Below, piece by piece: positions 11,849 through 22,452 of a stretch of 64,000 nt of DNA (its first letter is position 1; each line of letters starts with the position of its first letter). The stretch spans positions 101,184,001 through 101,248,000 of the forward strand of contig NC_043000.1 of NCBI RefSeq assembly GCF_006345805.1, given 5' to 3'. This DNA comes from Octopus sinensis. Taxonomy: Eukaryota. The position numbers and the translations under genes were made by a program. Below the pieces are notes generated by a model. That model saw nothing but the letters and a program-made list of their open reading frames with translations. It was not told where the DNA came from and searched no databases.

Positions 11849-13223
11849 GGTAAAAAAAGAGCAGTTTGAGGAAAAATTGTTTGATGAAAAGTAGTTTGAT
11901 GTAAAACAGCTTGAAGAAAAGTTGTTTGATGTGAAGTAGTTTGATGAGTCATTTGATGAAAACTTTGTTTGATGAAAAGTTGTTTCAGACAAAATTATTT
12001 AATAAAAGTTGTTTGAGGAAAAGTAGTTTAATGAAATGTGGTAGCACCAGCGGAACATGTTTTACCTCAACGAATTTATGCATTTATAGATTACGAGCTA
12101 TCCATTTATGAGCAAATTGTCCATGTTTTTTTCTCCTCTCTCAATTAATTAGCTACACTAAATCAATCAATGAAGTAGGTTTCAATGAAGTAGAAATCAA
12201 TCAATGCATGACTTGCCTGAAATAATAAGGAAATCTCCCTCAAATCATTTACTGCTGTATTAAAAAAATAATGAGGCCACATGCCAAGGAGGAAGCCTAT
12301 ACTCTTGAAATAGCAGCTAAATCTTCTTCACATCATACCTAGCATCTTTTTGTTTTTTTAAATAGTGAAAAATACATTTTTTCGGCCATTTCTAGATGTA
12401 CTATTATTCCTGATAAACAAAATGATGGAAAGATCACTGCCAGAATTCCTTCAGTTATAACAGGTCTGCTCTGGGACTAAACAACTACAAGATCAATAAC
12501 ATATCAAAATTATTGATTCTAAGAGAAAATTTCTTAGTGTGTAGGCACCAGTGTCAATCAAGGTGTATTTTTTTTGACATTCTGAAGAATCTGATCATAT
12601 CCAAGTATATTTGAATCAAGAATTTGGTCTGAGACAGCTCTGTCATGTCTGACAAAACCTGACAAGGTCGATAAAATTTAGACTCAATAGATATTTAAAT
12701 TGGATAATACAAACTCTGTGAGTGAGTGTGTGTGCATTTATACACATGCACACATACAGATGCACACACATTAGTATGGTGCAGACATAGCAGTGATATG
12801 CAGGCATAGCTGTAAAGTGCAAGCATGGCTGCAGCAAAATCATAGTTACGGCACGAGTATGGTTGTGTAGTTAAGAGGTTTGCTTCACAACCATTTAGTC
12901 TTGGGTTCAGTCCAACAGTATGGCACCTCGGGAAAGTGTCTTTAGCTATCTATAGCCCAGGATTGACCAAACCCTTCAGAGTAGATTTGGTGGATGGAAA
13001 TTGAAAGAAGCCTGTCGTCTATACATATATATATATATGTTTGTATGTATATATATACATGTATGTGAATATATATATATATATATATGTATGTGAATAT
13101 ATATATATATATATGTATGTATATATATATATATATAATATATATATGATTTTGATTTGATTTTTCCAGTTTCAGCTAATGAGCTGTGGCCATGCTGGGG
13201 CACCGCCATTTTACTCCGTTTTA

Positions 13224-13266
<43 letters not shown>

Positions 13267-13267
13267 G

Positions 13268-13316
<49 letters not shown>

Positions 13317-13462
13317 ATATATACATGTATATATATACATTTATATATATACATGTATATATATATATACATGTATGTATATATATACATGTATATATAT
13401 ACATTATATATATACATGTATGTATATGTATACATGTATGTATGTATATATATATACATGTA

Positions 13463-13509
<47 letters not shown>

Positions 13510-13689
13510 TAGAAAACAGTAAAAAGTGAAAAAACTACAGAGGGCTTGTTTTAAAAGGTTAAAAAATATATACATACATGTATGTATTTTTTTCTCTCTA
13601 GCTTCAGCACAGAGCTGTGGCCATGCTGATGCACCAGTGTTGTATATGTATACATACATACATGCATATATATATATATATATATATAT

Positions 13690-14072
13690 GTGGTACCAGT
13701 GCCGGTGGCACACAAGAAAACCATCCGAACGTGGCCGTAGCCAGTACCGCATCGACTGGCCTCCGTGCTGTGGGCACGTAACAAACACCATCCGATCGTG
13801 GCCGTTCGCCAGCCTCATCTGGCACCTGTGTCGGTGGCACATAAAAGCACCATCCGAGCGTGACCGTCTGCCAGCCTCGTCTGGCACCTGTGTCGGTGGC
13901 ACATAAAATCACCCACTACACTCTCGGAGTGGTTGGCATTAGGAAGGGCATCCAGCTGTAGAAACACTGCCAGATATGACTGGCCTGGTGCAGCCTTCGG
14001 GCTCCCCAGACCCCAGTTGAACCGTCCAACCCATGCTAGCATGGAAAGCGGACGTTAAATGATGATGATGAT
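13690..14072 (+). mobile_element. RTE 3' UTR copy (young subfamily) with 2 units of the 63-bp repeat
   Basis: Near-identical to 18952-19541; (TA)n on both sides. Confidence 0.9.
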
Positions 14073-14929
14073 ATATATATATATATATATCTCATGGCCG
14101 ATGCCAGCTCCACCTGACTGGCATGTAGTCTGGTGGCACATAAAAGCACCCACTACACTCTTGGAGTGGTTGGCATTAGGAAGGGCATCCAGCAGTAGAA
14201 ACCTTGCCAGATCAGAGTGGAGACTGGTGAAGCCTTCTGGCTTACCAGCCCTCAGTCAAACCATCCAGACCAGGCTGACAAATGTTGTTTGTCAAATGTG
14301 CTGGTCATAATGCACTTTTCCATTGTTTGGTGAGTTGGCCAATATTCATCTCTGATTGAACTGGGTCTGGAGCAATGTGAAATAAGGTGTTTTGCCCAAA
14401 AACACAATGCACTCCCCAGTCTTGGAATTGAGCCCTTGATCTAATGATCATGAATGAAATGGCCTAGTCACTAGGCCATACATGCACACTAATATCTGTG
14501 TATGTATATATGTATGCATGTATGTATGTATGTATGTATGTATGTATGTATGTGTATATATATAAATGTGTGTGAATTTGTGTATGTTTGTGTCTCTTTG
14601 CCTTGACATCACACAATAATTGTAAATGAGTGTAAATGTCATACATGCTGTGTCATTCATTTCCAATCTTCTGCAGAAACATGTCTGGCTTTGAGGAAAT
14701 ATTACCTTGCTTGGAAATTGATGAGGGTTGGTGACAGAAAGGGCATCCAACAGAAGAAATGTATTTCAACAAACTCTATCTGATCCATGCAAGAATGGAA
14801 AAGGGGATTTTTAAGACAGTGATGAGAATGTTGTATAGAGTTTTTGAGGAAAAGCTTCAGTATCATTATTTTCCATTTCCTCCTCCCTAAATTGTATTTG
14901 ATCTCATCTCAATATAAGAAGTCACACTT

Positions 14930-15140
14930 GGCAGCAAGCTGGCAGAATCGTTATCACACTGGGCAAAATGCTTCACGGCATTTTGTTCATCCTTATGTTC
15001 TGAGTTCAAATTCTCTCATGGTCGACTTTGCTTTCCATCCTTTCAGGGTCAATAAAATTAGTACCAATTGAACCCCGGGGTCAATGTAATCAACTCCCCC
15101 ACCCCTGAAATTGACTTGTGACAAAATTTGAAACCAATAT
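14930..15140 (+). mobile_element. tRNA-derived SINE (family C)
   Basis: ggcagcaagctggcagaatcgtt...gttctgagttcaaatt...gtcgactttgc..cggggtcaatgtaatc. Confidence 0.75.
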
Positions 15141-15808
15141 AAGAAATCATGATATAGTAGTGAATCATGAGTTAGTTATTGTTTAGCTCATGATCAGCCA
15201 AGAGCATTCCATTGGCACAGTGCTTCAAAGTAAATATAGGTGTATATGATATCTCAATTCTTTTGTGGTGGGCAGGTAGTCACACAAAAAGTGTTGGTGT
15301 GGGTGTTAGTGCTACGTAAAAAGCACTGGTAATGCTGCTATGTAAAACACAACCAGTACACTCTGTAAAGTGGTTGGCATTAGGAAGGGCACCCAGCCAT
15401 AGAAATCAAACTAAAACAGACTATGGAACCTGATGTGGGCCCTGGCCTTGCCAGTTACTGTTAAGCCATCCAACCCATGCTAGCATGGAAAACAGACGTT
15501 AAATTTTGGTGATGTAGGCATATTGTAACTTCTCTTATTTCCCTTTGGATATTAACAATGTAAATAATATGAAAGGACTTCAATTAGGAAGCAGAAAAGA
15601 AGAAAAAAAATGTATAAAACAGGTCATAAGTCAAATTAAAACTGTAACAGAATTGGTTTGTACAGATAAAAGTTGATATAGAATTCTTTTATGTCTGTCT
15701 GTTTGTCTGCATATCTATTTATCTATCAGCAAATCTATCTGTTTGCATATCTATCTATCAATCTATCTATCTGTCTGTCTCTCTGTCGATCTAGTTAGCT
15801 AGCTACAT

Positions 15809-15857
<49 letters not shown>

Positions 15858-16719
15858 TATGTTTATATATATATATATTTGTATCTATCTATATTTATCT
15901 ATATATTTACCTCTGTCTATCTGTCTCTCTCTCTATCTCTCCCTCTCTCTCTCTTTCCCTCCCTCTATCTGTCTGTCTGTATGTATGTATGTTTTAAATC
16001 ACAGAGTTTATCATTAGAACACCTACAGATCAATAAAATTTACTTTCACAATGCTAGATAATTAATTCTCCTTTCTCAGAACTCATTTCTCCATGATGTT
16101 GTTATGTCTTGGTAGGTTTTTATGTTTTTGTCATTCTATTGTTTCATACACTGGTTTTTATAGTTCATTTTAACTTCTAGATTTCATTATGTTCTTCACT
16201 TATCTTGCAATAATTTTTTTATCTGTTTGTCTGAGGATGTAAAACAGGGCAATACCTATACACTTCTTTGACTCTCTTAGACTAGTAAAGATTTATGATT
16301 CTCAAACAGTGCACAATGAATTTTTAAAAAATGTAATTTGAAATGTGTAGGCGCAATGGCCCAGTGGTTAGGGCAGCGGACTCGCAGTCGGAGGTAATGT
16401 CGTCCCTTTTGGGACATCCACATTATGTTGGCAAATAGCCTTTACTTTGAAGAACTGTTACTGAATGTCTCTCTTTGATAGATTTAGAAAAAATAATATT
16501 TCTAGTTTTTGATCAGTGGCTGTGTGTCACTTTGAAAACCATATGTTCAAACAGTGAATTCAGCAACGCCATCTAGCCAAAGCAGCTGCTCAGTGTTGAT
16601 AAAGAGCAACAACCCAGAAACCAGTCCACAGATGTTGTTTTGTGTTGGATGTGAGTGCTGAGCTCCTTGTTTGCAAATGTAAGAACACAGATAGTGTGTC
16701 ATATAGCCAGCTAAAAATG

Positions 16720-16768
<49 letters not shown>

Positions 16769-16852
16769 CAGGCTTGGAAGGACTGGAAGAACGGTGGTAG
16801 CAGGGAATTGTATCAGACAGCCAAAAGGGAAGCTAGGAGACAGGTTTATTAG

Positions 16853-18781
16853 CCAGAGGGGAAGCGGATAAGAAAAAAATTTGCCAATGTTCTGAGCCGT
16901 GAGGATGAAAGACTTGAGGTATTTCGTGTTGCAAGACAGTGTGTGAGAGAGAATCGTGATGTGGTAGGAGAGAAGTGTGTTCGCATGGATGATGGTTCAC
17001 TTGCGCTAAATGAGGATGCAAAGAGAGAGGTTTGGAGATGCCACTATGAAAGTTTGCTGAATAAAGAAAATGAATGGGATAAAGAGAGTCTGCCAAATGT
17101 TGACCCAACAGAGGGACCAGCTATCCGAGTTGATAGTTCCGTAGTAGCTAAGGCAGTTAGGAGCATGAAGACAGGGAAAGCCCCAGGCCCATCAGGAATT
17201 ACTGCAGAGATGCTCAAAATATCTGGCAGTGTCGGCTATAACCTAGTCACCCGTATAGTCAACCAGGTGATACACGAAGGAGTCATACCCAATGACTGGT
17301 GTAGCAGCATACTAGTCAACTGCTACAAAGGTAAAGGTGATGCCCTGGATACAAATAATTACAGAGGTATCAAGCTGTTGGATCAGGTAATGAAGGTTAC
17401 GGAGAGGGTCTTAGCCCAACTAATTAGAGAGAGAGTTAGTTTAGATGAGATGCAGTTTGGGTTTGTCCCAGGGAAAAGCACCACTGATGCTATATTCCTG
17501 GTAAGGCAGCTGCAGGAGAAATACCTAGCCAAGGATAAGCCCCTGTACCTGGCTTTTGTTGACATGGAGAAAGCCTTTGATAGGGTCCCCCGCCCCATCA
17601 TCTGGTGGTCAATGAGGAAACTAGGGATAGATGAATGGCTGGTGAGGGCTGTGCAAGCCATGTACAGAGATGCCGTAAGTAAGGTTAGAGTTGGCAACAT
17701 GTACACAGAAGAATTCAAAGTAGAGGTTGGGGTCCACCAGGGTTCAGTACTCAGCCCCCTCCTATTTATCATAGTCCTCCAGGCAATAACGGAGGAATTC
17801 AAGTCCGGTTGCCCCTGGGAGCTCCTCTATGCTGACGACCTCGCTCTAATCGCTGAGTCACTATCAGAACTGGAGGAGAAGTTCCAGGTGTGGAAGGAGG
17901 GTTTAGAATCGAGGGGCCTTAGAGTCAACCTAGCTAAAACCAAAGTACTAATAAGTAGAAAGGTAGAAAACCCACAAATATCATCAGGAAGATGGCCCTG
18001 TTCGATCTGTAGAAAAGGTGTAGGTAGAAACTCTATAAGATGTACCCAGTGTAAGCTATGGACACATAAGAGGTGCAGCAATGTCAAAGGTAGGCTAACT
18101 GGGAAGATAGTTTTTGTATGTGGCAGGTGCTCTGGAGCACTGACCTCCGAAAATCTGCAGAAAACAACTTCTGTCACTTTCCGGGGGGAAAAACTAGAAG
18201 TAGTTGATAGTTTCCGCTATCTAGGTGACCAAGTCAGTAGTGGGGGTGGGTGCGCTGAAAGTGTAACTGCTAGAATAAGAATAGCCTGGGCAAAGTTTAG
18301 GGAGCTCTTACCTCTGCTGGTGACTAAAGGCCTCTCGCTCAGAGTAAAAGGCAGACTGTATGATGCATGTGTACGAACAGCTATGCTACATGGCAGTGAA
18401 ACATGGGCCGTGACTGCTGAGGACATGCGTAAGCTCGTGAGGAACGAAGCCAGTATGCTCCGATGGATGTGTAATGTCAGTGTACTTACTCGACAGAGCG
18501 TTAGTACCTTGAGAGAAATGTTGTACCTAAGAAGCATCAGTTGTTGTGTGCAAGAGAGACGATTGCGCTGGTATGGTCATGTGGCGAGAATGGATGAAGA
18601 GAGGTGTGTGAGAAAGTGCCAATCCCTAGCAGTTGAGGGAACCCGTGGAAGAGGTAGACCCAGGAAAACCTGGGACGAGGTGGTGAAGCACGACCTTCGG
18701 ACGTTAGGTCTCACCATGGAAATGACTAGAGACCGAGACCTATGGAAGTATGCTGTGCGTGAGAAGACCCGGCAAGACTAG
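16853..18781 (+). CDS. RTE reverse transcriptase (partial ORF2) with inserted PHD finger
   Basis: KAPGPSGITAEML, NYRGIKLL, QFGFVPGKSTTDAI, AFVDMEKAFDRV, GVHQGSVLSPLLF, LLYADDLAL (YADD at 17828-17839), FRYLG, RRLRWYGHVARM, GRGRPRKTW. The frame is stop-free from 16853; the GTG at 16943 is not a true start. Confidence 0.93.
   Translation, partial: PEGKRIRKKFANVLSREDERLEVFRVARQCVRENRDVVGEKCVRMDDGSLALNEDAKREVWRCHYESLLNKENEWDKESLPNVDPTEGPAIRVDSSVVAKAVRSMKTGKAPGPSGITAEMLKISGSVGYNLVTRIVNQVIHEGVIPNDWCSSILVNCYKGKGDALDTNNYRGIKLLDQVMKVTERVLAQLIRERVSLDEMQFGFVPGKSTTDAIFLVRQLQEKYLAKDKPLYLAFVDMEKAFDRVPRPIIWWSMRKLGIDEWLVRAVQAMYRDAVSKVRVGNMYTEEFKVEVGVHQGSVLSPLLFIIVLQAITEEFKSGCPWELLYADDLALIAESLSELEEKFQVWKEGLESRGLRVNLAKTKVLISRKVENPQISSGRWPCSICRKGVGRNSIRCTQCKLWTHKRCSNVKGRLTGKIVFVCGRCSGALTSENLQKTTSVTFRGEKLEVVDSFRYLGDQVSSGGGCAESVTARIRIAWAKFRELLPLLVTKGLSLRVKGRLYDACVRTAMLHGSETWAVTAEDMRKLVRNEASMLRWMCNVSVLTRQSVSTLREMLYLRSISCCVQERRLRWYGHVARMDEERCVRKCQSLAVEGTRGRGRPRKTWDEVVKHDLRTLGLTMEMTRDRDLWKYAVREKTRQD
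17999..18130 (+). other. C4HC3 PHD-type zinc finger inside the RT domain
   Basis: CSIC-x10-CTQC-x4-H-x2-C-x14-CGRC lies between NLAKTKVL and LEVVDSFRYLG. Confidence 0.85.
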
Positions 18782-19050
18782 TGAAGCCATAATCCGTGGC
18801 CCCTACCTGGGACGTAGTCAGTCCACCTGTGCATACCTTCCTTCTTGTGACACTTGTGAAGACCTGTTGAGGCAAGTGAGAATCGAATCGAATCGTATCA
18901 AATCAAATCGAACCAAATCAAAATAGATGAACATCAATGGAATTTGTATCCTTGTGGTACCAGTGCCGGTGGCACATAAGAAAACCATCCGAACGTGACC
19001 GTAGCCAGTACCGCAATGACTGGCCTCCGTGCTGAGGGCACGTAACAAAC

Positions 19051-19365
19051 ACCTTCCGAGCGTGGCCGTCCGCCAGCCTCGTCTAGCACCTGTGTCGGTG
19101 ACACATAAGAAAAAACACCATCCGAGCGTGGCCGTCTGCCAGCCTCGTCTGGCACCTGTGTCGGTGGCACATAAAAAACACCATCCGAGCGTGGCCGTCT
19201 GCCAGCCTCGTCTGGCACCTGTGTCGGTGGCACATAAAAAACACCATCCGAGCGTGGCCGTCTGCCAGCCTCGTCTGGCACCTGTGTCGGTGGCACATAA
19301 AAAACACCATCCGAGCGTGGCCGTCTGCCAGCCTCGTCTGGCACCTGTGTCGGTGGCACATAAAA
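19051..19365 (+). repeat. Five tandem 63-bp units in the RTE 3' UTR
   Basis: Unit accatccgagcgtggccgtctgccagcctcgtctggcacctgtgtcggtggcacataaaaaac; the period is 63 (first unit 66). Confidence 0.97.
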
Positions 19366-19555
19366 TCACCCACTACACTCTCGGAGTGGTTGGCGTTAGG
19401 AAGGGCATCCAGCTGTAGAAACACTGCCACATCTGACTGGCCTGGTGCAGCCTTCGGGCTTCCCAGACCCCAGTTGAACCGTCCAACCCATGCTAGCATG
19501 GAAAGCGGACGTTAAACGATGATGATGATGATGATGATGATATATATATATATAA

Positions 19556-19967
19556 GGTGCAGGAGTGGCTGTGTGGTAAGTAGCTTGCTTACCAGCCACA
19601 TGGTTCTGGGTTCAGTCCCACTGCATGGCACCTTGGGCAAGTGTCTTCTACTATAGCCTCGGGCCAACCAAAGCCTTGTGAGTGGATTTGTTAGACGGAA
19701 ACTGAAAGAAGCCTGTCGTATATATGTATATATATATATATATGTATGTGTGTGTATATGTTTGAGTGTTTGTGTCCCCCCAGCATTGCTTGACAACCGA
19801 TGCTGGTGTGTTTATGTCCCCGTAACTTAGTGGTTTGGCAAAAGAGACTGATAGAATAAGTACTAGGCTCACAAAGAATAAGTCGTGGGGTCGATTTGCT
19901 CGACTAAAGGCGGTGCTCCAGCATGGCTGCAGTCAAATGACTGAAACAAGTATAGGAGTAAAAGAGT
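19556..19967 (+). mobile_element. SINE family B
   Basis: Full-length copy in the same (TA)n tract as the RTE tail. Confidence 0.9.
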
Positions 19968-20773
19968 AATATATGCACACACACACATGCACACACATAT
20001 AAAATAATGAAGGCGGCTATACACAATATAAAACCAAATAGGATAAAATTCAGTTGTCACTAAATGTGAGTGAGGGTGCAGAGTAGCACTGACATTGCTA
20101 GAAATAAGAGTTAAAAACTCATTAGAGCTGCAAAAAAGCACATGTCTACACACTGACAGTGAGATCACCATACTAGAATTCTAGTATTGCCAGAAATTAA
20201 AGCTCTTCAGTGATGACTACCCCATCGCTGAATGGTTTGGCCAAATTCTGGCTGTCAGTATATAGTCTTTACTGTAAGAATCAATGACTGATTCAGCAAA
20301 ATGGTAATGGGAAAAATTATGAAATAACAAAGGTGACTGACTATACACAATATATACACACTTACACACAAAAACAACACTGATTAGTTTTGTGTCATAT
20401 ATTGTTTGATGATATGTAAAATAGATACACACTCACAAATGCACACATATTTAGAGATGTATGTATATGGGTTTTTATCTTTCTTCAAAAGTGCCTAAAT
20501 CCTTACAAAATATTTCATTGTTTTTGAAAAATATAGTCTTTGTTAAAGTTCTTTTCTGAAAGACAATTAAAAAAACAATTCTTCTCAATATATTTGAGCA
20601 TATAAAGTAGTTTATTCAGAGCAGCTTTCCAATGCTTTTAAAAGAAATTGTAGAAAAAGGTGCCTCGTGGAAATATAATCAAATTTTACAGCAAAATTTA
20701 TAACATTTCACCATCTTTTAAAAGTTTTTGCGATTTTTTTAATGGTCTTTTGCTTTTAGATTTTTCTAATGTT

Positions 20774-20808
<35 letters not shown>

Positions 20809-20965
20809 TTTTCATATATGTATTAATGTTTAAAAATATATATGTATGTATTAATGTTTATACATATATTCTGTTTATATATATACATATATACATTACT
20901 GTTTATATATATGTATATGTATTAATGTTTATATATATATGTGTGTGTGTATATATATATATGTT

Positions 20966-20996
<31 letters not shown>

Positions 20997-21276
20997 ATAT
21001 ATATTACTGCTTATATATATATATGTATTAATGTTTATATGTATGTATGTGTGTATATATATATGTGTGTGTGTATTAATGTTTATATGTATGTATGTGT
21101 ATATATATATATGTGTGTGTGTGTGTATTAATGTTTATATGTATGTATATATATATATTATGTATGTATGTATATATATATGTATTAATGTGTGTAATAT
21201 TATATATATATATATTATATATATAGATAGATCAATAAATGGTGGGGTTGTGTTGACCGCACGTGGAGAAATGATA

Positions 21277-21338
21277 AGCAAGGAAAAATTGTAAAAATGC
21301 AGAATGCTAATTCTGCATTTTTACAATTTTTCCTTGCT
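21277..21338. repeat. Perfect 29-bp hairpin with a 4-nt loop (gcta)
   Basis: agcaaggaaaaattgtaaaaatgcagaat / attctgcatttttacaatttttccttgct. Confidence 0.97.
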
Positions 21339-21353
21339 ATATATATATATATT

Positions 21354-21393
<40 letters not shown>

Positions 21394-21509
21394 ATATGTC
21401 TGTGTGTGTGTGTGTGTGTATTTATTATGTATAGACATGTGTTTACATCTATTTATTTTACATCCATTAAAAAAAATTCTCTTACACATTTTCTTATCGT
21501 TTTTTGCAG

Positions 21510-21697
21510 CAAGGAAATGAAACATTTAATAAAGGACGTATTATGAATGCAGCTTTTAAAGAAGCCTTAAAACTCTTCACATTTCATTGTTGTATATTCC
21601 ATGATGTTGATCTCATTCCTGAAGACGACCGGAATATGTACTCCTGTCCAGAATTCCCTCGGCATTTATCTGTTGCCATTGACGAAATGGAATACAG
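21510..21697 (+). CDS. Internal exon of a GT7 beta-1,4-galactosyltransferase / beta-1,4-GalNAc-transferase (B4GALT/bre-4-like)
   Basis: QGNETFNKGRIMNAAFKEALKLFTFHCCIFHDVDLIPEDDRNMYSCPEFPRHLSVAIDEMEYR, with the DxD motif (DVD at 21603-21611). Acceptor is polypyrimidine + TTTGCAG and donor is AG|GTAAGT; 188 bp, phase 0 to 2. Confidence 0.93.
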
Positions 21698-22293
21698 GTA
21701 AGTTTGTTGTTTAGCACTTTATCACAATTTAATTAGAAGCTATAAGATTTCCAAAGTCTTGGCTTTATAATTCATGGTGTTGGTGTTGAAAAACTTTTGT
21801 TTCTTTTTCCAATTCTTTTACAGGTGTTCTTGAACAGATTTTGTAATATATATCTATACAATTTCAGAATGTAATATTTTGTTAATAATATTTGGCCATC
21901 TATCGAGAAATTTGTGTCTCAAAATGAACATATATATATATATGAATAAAATCTGTGTGTATTCATAAATGTATATGTGTGTGAGTTTATATATATATAT
22001 AGACTCACAGGTATGCATGTATGGAGGTATTCATTTCTTGAGATATATTGTTGGCAAGGAATTTTGTTCATAATAATGTAATCTGCTGCATCTCGTACAA
22101 CAATGGAAAGTATTGACAAGGCTATAGAGAAAAATGGTGAAATATTTTGAAGCTGTTGGTTCCTAAAACAGAATAAGTCCTTAGCAAAATTATGTGTACA
22201 TTAGTTAATTACAAAACTAATCAAATTTATATGTATTTGTTTGTGTGTGTGTGCATATGTATACATGTATGTGTTCATGCGTATGTGTGTGCT

Positions 22294-22325
<32 letters not shown>

Positions 22326-22412
22326 AATATGAGGTAATATTATTCCAAAATTATGGGGAAAAATTCAATTTAGAAATACTAAATCAAATTTCACAAAATA
22401 TAATATATATTG

Positions 22413-22448
<36 letters not shown>

Positions 22449-22452
<4 letters not shown>

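Larger units (their letters stand above)
8545..12035. repeat. Inverted blocks of a ~15-nt tandem motif (GAAAAGTTGTTTGAT-like); possible foldback element disrupted by insertions
   Basis: The motif is in - orientation at ~8880-9005 and ~10915-11045, and in + orientation at ~11270-11450 and ~11860-12035. Confidence 0.45.
16765..19541 (+). mobile_element. 5'-truncated young RTE-clade non-LTR retrotransposon
   Basis: Long RT ORF, a ~760-bp 3' UTR and a (GAT)7 tail; both ends abut (TA)n; the APE endonuclease is missing because of the truncation. Confidence 0.95.

Noticed and set aside
19130-19175. HDV-like ribozyme resemblance of the 63-bp unit (GCCAGCCTCGTCTGGC vs HDV CCAGCCUCCUCGCUGGC)
   Set aside because: L3 is too short, with no CC/GG P1.1 and no 5' partner for the putative P1 strand ACCTGTG; RTE HDV-like ribozymes are expected at the 5' end.
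19051-19365. CRISPR-like array (regular repeats with hairpins)
   Set aside because: Units are contiguous with no unique spacers, lie in a eukaryotic LINE 3' UTR, and there are no cas genes.
18818-19499. ORFs with 21-aa repeats (also at 12976-14042 and 54850-56844)
   Set aside because: They arise because the repeat unit is 63 bp; they are open in several frames on both strands of UTR sequence.
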